From an uncultured Acidobacteriota bacterium (GTDB taxonomy: Bacteria; Acidobacteriota; Vicinamibacteria; Vicinamibacterales; CAVVIG01), in the NCBI GenBank assembly GCA_963761615.1, contig CAVXGU010000004.1:607537-671536 (forward strand): 64,000 nucleotides of DNA, given 5' to 3'. Of this stretch, positions 42,368 to 53,064 are shown one piece after another. The notes beneath the pieces are model-generated. The model did no database searches. It was not told the origin of the DNA and worked only from the letters and a program-made list of their open reading frames with translations. Each line of letters opens with the position of its first letter. The first letter of the stretch is position 1. The translations under genes and the position numbers were made by a program.

Positions 42368-43585
42368 ATGGACAAGGTGGCGCGGGCGAACCAGCGCAAC
42401 GCCGTGCTGGCCGGTTTCCTCGGCTGGACCTTCGACGCGTTCGACTACTTCGTCCTCACCTACGTTCTCGAGGACGTTGCCCGGGCGTACCACCGGTCGC
42501 GGCCCGAGATTGCCCTCGCCCTGACGCTGTCGCTCGCGATGCGCCCGGTGGGCGCGATCATCTTCGGCCTGGCGGCCGATCACTTCGGCCGCCGCGTGCC
42601 GCTGATGATCAACGTGATCTTCTACGGCAGCGTGTCGGTCCTGTCCGGCATCGCCCCGACGTACGGCACGTTCATGCTCCTTCGCCTGCTCTTCGGCATC
42701 GGCATGGGCGGCGAGTGGGGTGTCGGCGCGTCGCTCGCGCTCGAGTCGGCGTCGCCGCGGCTGCGGGGGCTGCTGTCAGGGGTGCTCCAGGAAGGCTACG
42801 CGATCGGCAACCTGGTGGCGGCGCTCGGGTTCCGCTTCATCTATCCGTACTTCAACGCGATGCTGCCCGGGAACGGCTGGCGGTTCCTGTTCTTCCTGGG
42901 GGGGTTGCCGGCAATCCTGTCGCTCTACATCCGGTCCCACGTGCGCGAGTCCGAGGCCTGGCGCGAGCATCACACCGAGTGGGGCGCCTACTGGCGCTCG
43001 ATCTTCCAGCACTGGCGCCGGTTCCTCTACATCGTCGCCCTGATGGCGATGATGAACCTGATTGCCCACGGCACGCAGGACATCTACCCGACGCTGCTCG
43101 GCACGTTCGGATTCGGACAGAAGTCGATCGCCGACATCATCGCGCTGTCCATGGTCGGGGCCATCATCGGCGGGCTGGTGTTCGGGTACTACTCGGACCG
43201 CGTGGGCCGGCGCCGCGCGATGGTGACGGCGACGCTCGCGGCGCTGCTGGTCGTCCCGTTCTGGCTCTCGGGATCCAGCACCGTCCGGATCCTGATCGGC
43301 GTGTTCCTGATGCAGTTCTTCGTGCAGGGGGCGTGGGGCGTGATTCCCGCGCACATCAACGAGCTCTCGCCGGGGAACCTGCGCGGCTTCTTCCCGGGGT
43401 TCGCCTACCAGATCGGCGTGCTCGTCGCGTCGAGCATCCCCTACGTCGAATCGGCGCTCGGCGAGCGCTTCACCTACGCGCAGGCGATGGGCGGCCTCGT
43501 GACGGCGATCCTCCTGATCGGCACCGTGATCATCTGGCTGGGACCGGAGCAGAAGGGCATCGCGTTTCGCCGGTCCGACGCCTGA
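42368..43585 (+). CDS. MFS transporter
   Basis: 12-TM pattern and MFS signature DHFGRR between TM2 and TM3, repeated as SDRVGRRR in the second half. Confidence 0.85.
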   Translation: MDKVARANQRNAVLAGFLGWTFDAFDYFVLTYVLEDVARAYHRSRPEIALALTLSLAMRPVGAIIFGLAADHFGRRVPLMINVIFYGSVSVLSGIAPTYGTFMLLRLLFGIGMGGEWGVGASLALESASPRLRGLLSGVLQEGYAIGNLVAALGFRFIYPYFNAMLPGNGWRFLFFLGGLPAILSLYIRSHVRESEAWREHHTEWGAYWRSIFQHWRRFLYIVALMAMMNLIAHGTQDIYPTLLGTFGFGQKSIADIIALSMVGAIIGGLVFGYYSDRVGRRRAMVTATLAALLVVPFWLSGSSTVRILIGVFLMQFFVQGAWGVIPAHINELSPGNLRGFFPGFAYQIGVLVASSIPYVESALGERFTYAQAMGGLVTAILLIGTVIIWLGPEQKGIAFRRSDA

Positions 43586-43631
43586 TGCCTGACGCCGGGT
43601 TGCGCCCGGTGTGGAGCGGCGGCCACGAACC

Positions 43632-45371
43632 TCAGGGCGTCGCCCACCCGATGTCCTGATAGACCCAGGGCGTCTCGAAGCCGAAGGCGCCGAAGTTCAC
43701 GAGACCCTTGCGGGTCGGCACGATCTCGGGCCGCTGATACAGCGTCAGCGAGTGGACTTCCTGCCAGATCATGGCGTCGGCCTGGTTGGCGAGGGCGATG
43801 GCCTTCTCGCGATCGAACTCCCGGCTCGCGCGCAGCATGAGGGCGTCGAGCCCGGGGCTGCCGATCCGGGCGTAGTTCTGCTGGATGTCCAGCTGGCCTT
43901 CCGCATTCCTGGTCGGATTGACGTAGATGGACTTGACGGAGCTGACGGGAAACGGCGTGCCCATCCAGGCGAACAGCGTGAAGTCGAACTGCCCGGGCCG
44001 CACGTACTTGTCGAAGAAGTCGTTGGAGGGCACGGTCTCGATCGCCACCGTGACGCCGACCTGTGCCAGCATGTTCTGAATCAGCTCGCCGATCTGTCGT
44101 GCGGTCTGCACCCCCGCCGGAATGACGAGGTGGATCGTCAGGGCATCGCCCGCCTTCTTCCTGACGTTCCCGTCGAGCGTCCAGCCGGCCTCGTCCAGCA
44201 ACTGCGCCGACCGGGCGGGGTCGTACCGACCGACGTCGCCCGAGTTGTCCTCGTACCCGTGCTGGTTTTCCATGAAGATGTGGTTGTTCAGCACCGTGGG
44301 CTGCATGCCGAGCGGCGAGAGCATGGCCCGGGCGATCGCCTGGCGATTGATGGCCATCGCGAGCGCCCGCCGGACGCGGACGTCCTGCAGTTGAGGGCTG
44401 GCGCCGTTGAGGGTCAAGTGGGTGAAGTTCGGGCCGCCGGCCACCCGGAGGTCGATGTCCGGCATGACCCTGGCGCGCTGGTACTTGCTCGCGTCGGACG
44501 CGAGGTCCAGCGCGTCGATCTCGTTGTTGGCCAGCGCATCGATCTGCGCGTCGGGCTGGATCACGCGGAACACGATCCGGTCCAGCTTGGCGCGGTTGCC
44601 CCACCACTTCTCGTTCCGGACCAGCGTGATCGTCTGTGATGTCCGGTCGATCGCATCCAGTCTGAACGGTCCGGCGGTGGTGAGCAGCGTCTCCTTCCAC
44701 CCGTCGTTGAAGACCGCCGGGTTCTTGTTCGTCGCTGCCGGGTAGAACGGTGCGAAGAGCGCCTGCCAGTCCGCGAACGGCGTCTTGTAGGTGACGATGG
44801 CCTCGTAGTCGTTCTTGCCTTTCGTCACGCTCCCGATGTTCTCGTAGCCGTTCGCCGACGAGATGCGATAGGCGTGGTCTGCGCCGCCGCTCGCCTTCCA
44901 CTGCCAGTACAGGTCCTCCCACGTGATCGGCGTCCCGTCGTACCACCGCGCCTTCGGGTTCAGCTCGTAGGTGACGACCTCCTGCGGGTCGGTGGCGAGG
45001 GTCGCCTCGGAAGCCAGGTAGTCCGGATTCCACACGGGGGAGCCGGCGGCATCGGTCGTGTAGAGGTTCGGCATGAGGGCGGAGAGCACCCACACGCCGC
45101 TCTGGTCCGTGCCGTCGATCTCGTTCACGTTGAAGTTGGCAGGCATCGTGTCGAGCGGCCAGGTGAAGGTGCCGCCGTCCCGGATCCGGTCGCGCGGCGT
45201 GGGCACGATGTCGTTCGCCTTCGCGGACGGGGGCTTCCCGGTACCGCCTGGCGGCGTCGCGCCGGGGCCGCCACCGCTGCCGCCACAGGCGGACGCGGTC
45301 ACGAGCAGGACCGCCCCCGCGATTGTCAGGGAGCCCAGAGCCCAGAGCCGAGAGCCTGTTCGATATGTCAC
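43632..45371 (-). CDS. ABC transporter substrate-binding lipoprotein, family 5 (copy 1 of a tandem pair)
   Basis: GTG 45371 forms a GTGA overlap with the upstream stop (alternative ATG 45383). Lipobox LVTASAC. Highly similar throughout to 45368..47092. Confidence 0.85.
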   Translation of the reverse strand: MTYRTGSRLWALGSLTIAGAVLLVTASACGGSGGGPGATPPGGTGKPPSAKANDIVPTPRDRIRDGGTFTWPLDTMPANFNVNEIDGTDQSGVWVLSALMPNLYTTDAAGSPVWNPDYLASEATLATDPQEVVTYELNPKARWYDGTPITWEDLYWQWKASGGADHAYRISSANGYENIGSVTKGKNDYEAIVTYKTPFADWQALFAPFYPAATNKNPAVFNDGWKETLLTTAGPFRLDAIDRTSQTITLVRNEKWWGNRAKLDRIVFRVIQPDAQIDALANNEIDALDLASDASKYQRARVMPDIDLRVAGGPNFTHLTLNGASPQLQDVRVRRALAMAINRQAIARAMLSPLGMQPTVLNNHIFMENQHGYEDNSGDVGRYDPARSAQLLDEAGWTLDGNVRKKAGDALTIHLVIPAGVQTARQIGELIQNMLAQVGVTVAIETVPSNDFFDKYVRPGQFDFTLFAWMGTPFPVSSVKSIYVNPTRNAEGQLDIQQNYARIGSPGLDALMLRASREFDREKAIALANQADAMIWQEVHSLTLYQRPEIVPTRKGLVNFGAFGFETPWVYQDIGWATP

Positions 45372-47092
45372 TGCTTCGCCCATCCGATGTCCTGATAGGT
45401 CCACGGGGTCTGGAGACCGAAGGCCCCGAAGTTCACGAGGCTCCGCCGCGTCGCGATGATCTCCGGCCGCTGGTAGAGCGTGAGCGAGTGGACTTCCTGC
45501 CAGATGAGGGCGTCGATCTGGTTCCCGAGCGCGATCGCCTTCGCACGATCGAACTCCGCGCCGGCCTCGTCGAACAGGTGGTCGATCTCGTCGCTGCCAA
45601 TCCGGGCGTAGTTCTGCTGGATGTCGAGCTGGCCCTGGGCATTCTTCGTCGGCTTCGCGTAGACGGACTTCGACGAGCTGATCGGGAACGGCGTGCCCAT
45701 CCACGAGAAGATCGTGAAGTCGAACTGGCCGGGAGAGATGTACTTGTCGAAGAAGTCGTTGAGGGGCACGGTATCGATGTTCACGGCGACGCCCAGCTGC
45801 CCGAGCATGTTCTGCACGAGCTCGGACTCCTGCCGAGACGTCTGGATGCCCGAGGGGATCACCAGGCGGATGTCGAGCGGCTTCCCGTCCTTCTTGCGGA
45901 CGCCGCCGTCCAGCTTCCACCCGGCCTCGTCCAGGAGCTCGGCGGCCTTCTTCGGGTCGTACTTGCCGACCTCGCCCGAGTTGTCCTGGTAGCCACGCTG
46001 GTTCTCCATGAAGATGTGGTTGTTCAGCACGTCGGGCGCCATCCCGAGCGGGCCGAGCATCGCGCTGGCGATCGCGGCGCGGTCGATGCCCATCGCCAGG
46101 GCGGTTCGGACGCGCACGTCCTGCAGGTTCGGGCTCGTCCCGTTCATGGTGAGGTGACGGAAGTTGGGGCCGCCCGCCACCCGAAGATCGACGTTCTCGA
46201 TGGCCCTGGCCCGCTGGTAGTTGCTCGCGGCGGGCCCGACGTCCATGGCGTCGATCTCGCCGTTGGCCAGCGCGTCGACCTGGGCGTCGGGCTCGATGAC
46301 GCGGAACACGATGCGATCCAGCTTCGCCGGCTGGCCCCACCACTTGTCGTTGCGGACCAGCGTGACCGTCTTCGACGTCTGGTTGATGTTGTCGAGCTTG
46401 AAGGGGCCGGCGGTCGTGAGGGGGCCGTTCTTCCATCCCTCGTTGAAGACTTTCGGGTTCTTGTCGGTCGAGGCCGGATAGAACGGCGAAAAGAGCGCCT
46501 GCCAGTCCGCGAACTTCTTGCCGAACGTGACGACGGCCTCGTAGTCGTTCTTGCCGCGCGTGACGTTCTCGATGTTCTCGTAGCCGTTGGCGGACGAGAT
46601 GCGGTAGGCGTGGTCGCGCCCGTTGCTCGCCTTCCACTGCCAGTAGATGTCCTCCCACGTGATGGGCGTCCCGTCGTACCACGTCGCCTTCGGATTCAGG
46701 TCGTAGGTGACGATCTGCTTCGGATCGGTGACGAGCGTCGGTTCCGACGCCAGGTAGTCCGGATCCCACTCCGGCGTGCCGCTCGCGTCCGCCGTGTAGA
46801 GGTTGGGCATGAGGGCGCCGATGATGTAGGAGCCGTTCAAGTCGGTGCCATCCAGCTCGTTGTAGTTGAAGTTCGCCGTGATGTTGTCGATCGGCCACGT
46901 GAAGGTGCCGCCGTCCTGCACCTGGTCGCGCGGAACGGAGTGCACGTCGTTCGCCTTGGCGGGTGGGGGAGGGGTGCCGGCGGCGGGCGCGCCGCTCGTC
47001 GCCGTCGTGCTGCCGCTGCCGCCGCAGCCGGACGCGACCAGCACGACCGCCGACAGCAAGACCGCGAGACCGAATCCACTTCTGCGTTTCAA
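45368..47092 (-). CDS. ABC transporter substrate-binding lipoprotein, family 5 (copy 2 of a tandem pair)
   Basis: Signal plus lipobox LVASGC. TTG start at 47092 per the ORF track, AGGGGG upstream. Confidence 0.85.
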   Translation of the reverse strand: MKRRSGFGLAVLLSAVVLVASGCGGSGSTTATSGAPAAGTPPPPAKANDVHSVPRDQVQDGGTFTWPIDNITANFNYNELDGTDLNGSYIIGALMPNLYTADASGTPEWDPDYLASEPTLVTDPKQIVTYDLNPKATWYDGTPITWEDIYWQWKASNGRDHAYRISSANGYENIENVTRGKNDYEAVVTFGKKFADWQALFSPFYPASTDKNPKVFNEGWKNGPLTTAGPFKLDNINQTSKTVTLVRNDKWWGQPAKLDRIVFRVIEPDAQVDALANGEIDAMDVGPAASNYQRARAIENVDLRVAGGPNFRHLTMNGTSPNLQDVRVRTALAMGIDRAAIASAMLGPLGMAPDVLNNHIFMENQRGYQDNSGEVGKYDPKKAAELLDEAGWKLDGGVRKKDGKPLDIRLVIPSGIQTSRQESELVQNMLGQLGVAVNIDTVPLNDFFDKYISPGQFDFTIFSWMGTPFPISSSKSVYAKPTKNAQGQLDIQQNYARIGSDEIDHLFDEAGAEFDRAKAIALGNQIDALIWQEVHSLTLYQRPEIIATRRSLVNFGAFGLQTPWTYQDIGWAKQ

Positions 47093-47105
47093 TGGTGCCC
47101 CCTGT

Positions 47106-47195
47106 CGGCTCTGGCTTCCGGCTTCTGGCTCCCGGCCGGTCCGAGCCCCGCGGCCGTCGTGATCTGCCTGAAGCCCGGAGTCCGGAGCCCTGAGC

Positions 47196-47197
<2 letters not shown>
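47106..47197. repeat. Inverted arrays of 7-nt tandem repeats in the ATPase-SBP intercistronic spacer
   Basis: GGCTCTG GCTTCCG GCTTCTG GCTCCCG at 47107-47134, and GAAGCCC GGAGTCC GGAGCCC TGAGCC at about 47170-47196 in the opposite orientation. Confidence 0.7.
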
Positions 47198-49282
<2,085 letters not shown>

Positions 49283-49286
<4 letters not shown>

Positions 49287-50158
49287 GATGCGGCGTTTGC
49301 TCCTTCGGTCGGGTCGAGGGCGTTGCGCAGCCCGTCGCCGACGAGGTTGATGGCCAGCACGAGCGCCACGAGGAGGCCCGCGGGGAAGTAGAACTCCCAC
49401 GGATAGGTCAGGGCTGCGCCCGAGTAGTCGCCGATGAGGGTGCCGAGCGAGACGTCGGGCGGCTGCACCCCGAAGCCGAAGAACGACAGGCCGACCTCGG
49501 CGAGGATGAGCGAACTGACGTTCACGGTGGCGTCGATGATGAGCAGCGACGCCATGTTGGGCAGGATGTGCCGGAAGATGATGCGCCAGCCGGGCACGCC
49601 CATGTAGCGGGCGGCCCGGACGAACTCGCGCTCCTTGAGCGACAGCGTCAGGCCCCGCACGATGCGCGCCGTGATCATCCACTGGAAGGCCGCGAGCAGC
49701 AGGACCAGGAGGAGCCAGCTGTGTCCGTGGAACGTCGGCGACAGGATCGCGATGATGAGGAAGGCGGGAAGGACGAGCAGGAGGTCGATGAAGGTGAGGA
49801 GCGCCGTGTTGAGGAACCCGCCGAAGTACCCGGCGAACGACCCCATCACGGCGGCCACCGCGGTCGACATCAGCGCGCCGAGGATCCCGATGATCATCGA
49901 CTTCTGCATGCCGCGCATCGTCAAGGCGAACATGTCGAAGCCGTTCTGCGTCGTGCCGAACCAGTGCCGGGCGTTCGGCGGCGACAGGAAGGACTGGAAG
50001 TCGAGCTGGTTGTACTGCCAGCGGGTGACGTACGGGCTGCCGTAGGCGGCGGCGAAGAGCAGCGCCACGGCGACCAGGCCGACCATCGCGAGCCGCTCGC
50101 GGCGGAAGCGCTGGAACACCAGGCGTCCGCGGGAGGTCGCGTGGACGTCTGCCGCCAT
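49283..50158 (-). CDS. Peptide ABC transporter permease (DppC/OppC type)
   Basis: ATG 50158 (Met13 of the ORF), 5 nt after the upstream stop; typical permease sequence. Confidence 0.85.
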
Positions 50159-50162
50159 CCCG

Positions 50163-51155
50163 TCAGACCCGGACCCGCGGGTCGAGCGCCGCATACGCCA
50201 CGTCGGAAAGGAATCCGGCGATGAGCACGAGGACCGCCACGAACAGCGTGACGCCCGCGACGGAGTTGACGTCGTTCTTCGTCACCGAGTCGACGAAATA
50301 CTCGCCCATCCCGTGCCACCCGAAGATCTTCTCGGTGAAGGTCGCTCCGACGAAGAGGAGCGCGAACTCGTAGGCGAAGAACGTCGCCATGGGAATGAGG
50401 GCGGTGCGCAGGCCGTGGCGGATGAGGGCCCGCGACCGCCGGAGTCCCTTGGCGCGCGCGGTCCGCAGGAAGTCGCTCCCCAGCACGTCGAGCATGGCGC
50501 TGCGCTGGTATCGGCCGTAGAACGCCATGGCCGCGACCGTCAGGACCAGCGACGGCAGCGCCAGGTGGCCCAGCCGGTTGACGATGCCGGTCCAGGACCA
50601 CGGATTCAGGCCGGGGGTGATCTCCCCCGTCGTGTACAGCAGCTTCGTATCCCCGGTGAATCCGAGCAGGTTGTTGATCCCGATACCCCCGTTCTTGAAG
50701 AGCACCGCCAGGACGACGACCGGAATCGACAGGATGACGAAGGAGAACACCGTCAGGACGTGATCGGACCACTGCCGCTGTTTGACGGCCCCGTAGGCGC
50801 CCGCGGCGACGCCCAGGAACGTGCCCAGGAGCGAGCCGATGAGCATCAGCCGGAGACTGACCCAGATGCGGCGGGAGATCTCGTCGTTCACGGGCGTGTT
50901 GTCGACCGTCCGCCCGAGATCGCCGTGGAGCACGCCGCCCGCCCACCGCTCGAAGCGGATGGCGAGCGGCGTCTTGTCGTTCATGTTGATCGCGTCGAGG
51001 GCGGAATCCACGACGGCCGGCGGCGGCGGGGGATTGCGGCCCTCGTACCGCGCCCGGGGATTGAGCTGCGTGGCGGCGAGGACGTACGCGACGGACGTGG
51101 ACACGACGACGAGGACGATCAGATAGACCAGCCGTCGGACGAGGAACGCGGCCAT
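50163..51155 (-). CDS. Peptide ABC transporter permease (DppB/OppB type)
   Basis: MAAFLVRRLVYLIVLVV.. is the typical OppB N-terminus. DFLRTARAKGL motif. Ends ..DPRVRV. Confidence 0.9.
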   Translation of the reverse strand: MAAFLVRRLVYLIVLVVVSTSVAYVLAATQLNPRARYEGRNPPPPPAVVDSALDAINMNDKTPLAIRFERWAGGVLHGDLGRTVDNTPVNDEISRRIWVSLRLMLIGSLLGTFLGVAAGAYGAVKQRQWSDHVLTVFSFVILSIPVVVLAVLFKNGGIGINNLLGFTGDTKLLYTTGEITPGLNPWSWTGIVNRLGHLALPSLVLTVAAMAFYGRYQRSAMLDVLGSDFLRTARAKGLRRSRALIRHGLRTALIPMATFFAYEFALLFVGATFTEKIFGWHGMGEYFVDSVTKNDVNSVAGVTLFVAVLVLIAGFLSDVAYAALDPRVRV

Positions 51156-51197
51156 CGCTCCGTCAATTGTAGTCGATGGCCCGCGGCGCCCGCCGGG

Positions 51198-51944
51198 CTA
51201 CTCCCACCGGAAGACGCGCGAGGACACGGCCGTGAACGCGGCGGCGATCAGCACGAGCATGACGACGTCGCCGAGATGGCCGGACCAGCCGTCGCCGTAC
51301 CAGATGCCTCGCAGCAGCGAGACGGCATAGGTCATCGGCGAGACGCGCGCGACCAGGCCGAGCGCCGGCGGCAGATCCCCGACGGGCACGAACAGCCCCG
51401 AGATCCCCAGCAGGGGATAGAAGATCAGCGTCCCGATCGGCTGGGCGAAGCGGGCGGTGCGGACGAGGCTGGCGAGGACGAAGCCCATCGCGAGAATGCT
51501 CAGCGTGCTGAAGAGGAGCGCCAGCGCGAAGCCCACGAGCGGGACGCCGGGATCGATGGGGTAGTAGCGTCTCCCCGCCAGGATCATGAGCGCCAGCGTC
51601 ACGGCCGTGAACAGCAGCTTCACCAGCACGTGCGCCGCCAGAATCGTGGGCGGCCGGAGCGGCGTCGCCCGCAGGCGCTTGAGAATGCCGCTGTCGCGGT
51701 AGATGGAGATGACGGCGACCAGCGACAGCGAGGCGCTGATGGCGATGAGCAGCGCGCCGAAGACCGGCAGATCGGCGCCGATCGCCCCGGGGACCTCGCC
51801 GCCTTGTCTCGCATCGCCGCCGAGCACTCGCCCCAGCAGGACGAACAGGACGACCGGCAGCACCACCGTCCCGACGACGCCCAGCGGCTCGCGGACGAAG
51901 ATCTTGATCTCCAGCCAGGTCAGTTTCAGCAGTCCGCGTGACAT
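51198..51944 (-). CDS. ABC-2 type exporter permease
   Basis: 6-TM ABC-2 membrane protein directly downstream of its ATPase gene. Confidence 0.8.
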   Translation of the reverse strand: MSRGLLKLTWLEIKIFVREPLGVVGTVVLPVVLFVLLGRVLGGDARQGGEVPGAIGADLPVFGALLIAISASLSLVAVISIYRDSGILKRLRATPLRPPTILAAHVLVKLLFTAVTLALMILAGRRYYPIDPGVPLVGFALALLFSTLSILAMGFVLASLVRTARFAQPIGTLIFYPLLGISGLFVPVGDLPPALGLVARVSPMTYAVSLLRGIWYGDGWSGHLGDVVMLVLIAAAFTAVSSRVFRWE

Positions 51945-51948
51945 CGTG

Positions 51949-52878
51949 TCAGTCCCGGATCGCGTGGCCGGTCAGCTCGAGGAAGACGTCCTCGAGCGTG
52001 GGGATCTCGGTGCGGAAGTCGGTCACCCGCATCCGGTGCTCCGCCAGGCACTGGATCACCTGCGTGACGACGTCGCCGCCGCCGCGAATCGTGATCTCGT
52101 GTCCGTCGCCCTCGGCCACCGTCACCGCCGGAATCGCACGAAAGCGCCCGGCCGCGGCCGGATCCTCGATCGCGACGACGACCGTTCGCACCGGGCAGTG
52201 GCGCCGCACGAGCGCCGCCGGCGGACCGATGTCCACGATGCGGCCGTGGTCGATGATGGCGACCCGGTCGCACAGACGCTGCGCCTCTTCCATCAGGTGG
52301 GTCGTCAGGAAGACCGTCCGTCCCTTGCGGCGGATGTCGCGCACCAGCTCCCAGATGGCGCGCCGTGCCTGCGGGTCCAGTCCCGTCGTCAGCTCGTCGA
52401 GGAAGACCACGTCCGGGCTGTTGACCAGGGCGAGGGCGATGAAGAGGCGCTGCTTCTGGCCGCCGGAGAGCGTCATGAACCACGCCCGGCGCTTGTCGCC
52501 GAGGCCGAGCTGTTCGATCAGGCCGTCGGCGTCGACGCGCGTGCCGTAGAGCGCCGCCCACAGGTCCACGGCCTCCCGCACCTCGATCCGCTTCTGGAGC
52601 TGGGCCTCCTGGAGCTGCACGCCGATCCGCTGCTGGAGTGCGGCAGCCTGGCGCGCCGGATCGAGCCCGAGGACGGAGATCGTCCCCCGATCCGGAACGC
52701 GCAGTCCCTCGACGCACTCCATCGTCGTGGTCTTGCCGGCGCCGTTGGGGCCGATCAGGCCGAAGATCTCGCCGGCCTCGACGTCGAACGACACGTCATC
52801 GACGGCGACCGTGCGGCCGTAGGTCTTGTGGACGTGCGCCACGTGGATCACGGCGCTGCGTGTCGTCAGTCCCGCCAT
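51949..52878 (-). CDS. ABC-2 type exporter ATP-binding protein
   Basis: ATG 52878 (Met30 of the ORF). GPNGAGKTT, LSGGQKQR, VVFLDELTTGLD. Confidence 0.85.
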   Translation of the reverse strand: MAGLTTRSAVIHVAHVHKTYGRTVAVDDVSFDVEAGEIFGLIGPNGAGKTTTMECVEGLRVPDRGTISVLGLDPARQAAALQQRIGVQLQEAQLQKRIEVREAVDLWAALYGTRVDADGLIEQLGLGDKRRAWFMTLSGGQKQRLFIALALVNSPDVVFLDELTTGLDPQARRAIWELVRDIRRKGRTVFLTTHLMEEAQRLCDRVAIIDHGRIVDIGPPAALVRRHCPVRTVVVAIEDPAAAGRFRAIPAVTVAEGDGHEITIRGGGDVVTQVIQCLAEHRMRVTDFRTEIPTLEDVFLELTGHAIRD

Positions 52879-53064
52879 CGGTCGTGAGGATGTTACACGC
52901 GGATCCGTCGCGCCGAACAGATGAGGCGAACCGGAACCTTCCCTTTTGGGGCGGATCCGAGTCATGCTGTCAGACGTTCGCTTGCCCCGTCCCGACGTCT
53001 CGCGACCGATCCGCCGCCGCCACGCCGGAACATCCCGTCACCGCGTTCGAAGGGAGGCCAGCAG

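Noticed and set aside
43632-46898. Single 1088-aa minus-strand ORF spanning both binding-protein genes
   Set aside because: Upstream of 45371 this frame is an alternative frame of the neighbouring SBP gene and translates to low-complexity sequence. A lipoprotein signal (LVTASAC) and a GTGA junction define the true start near 45371.
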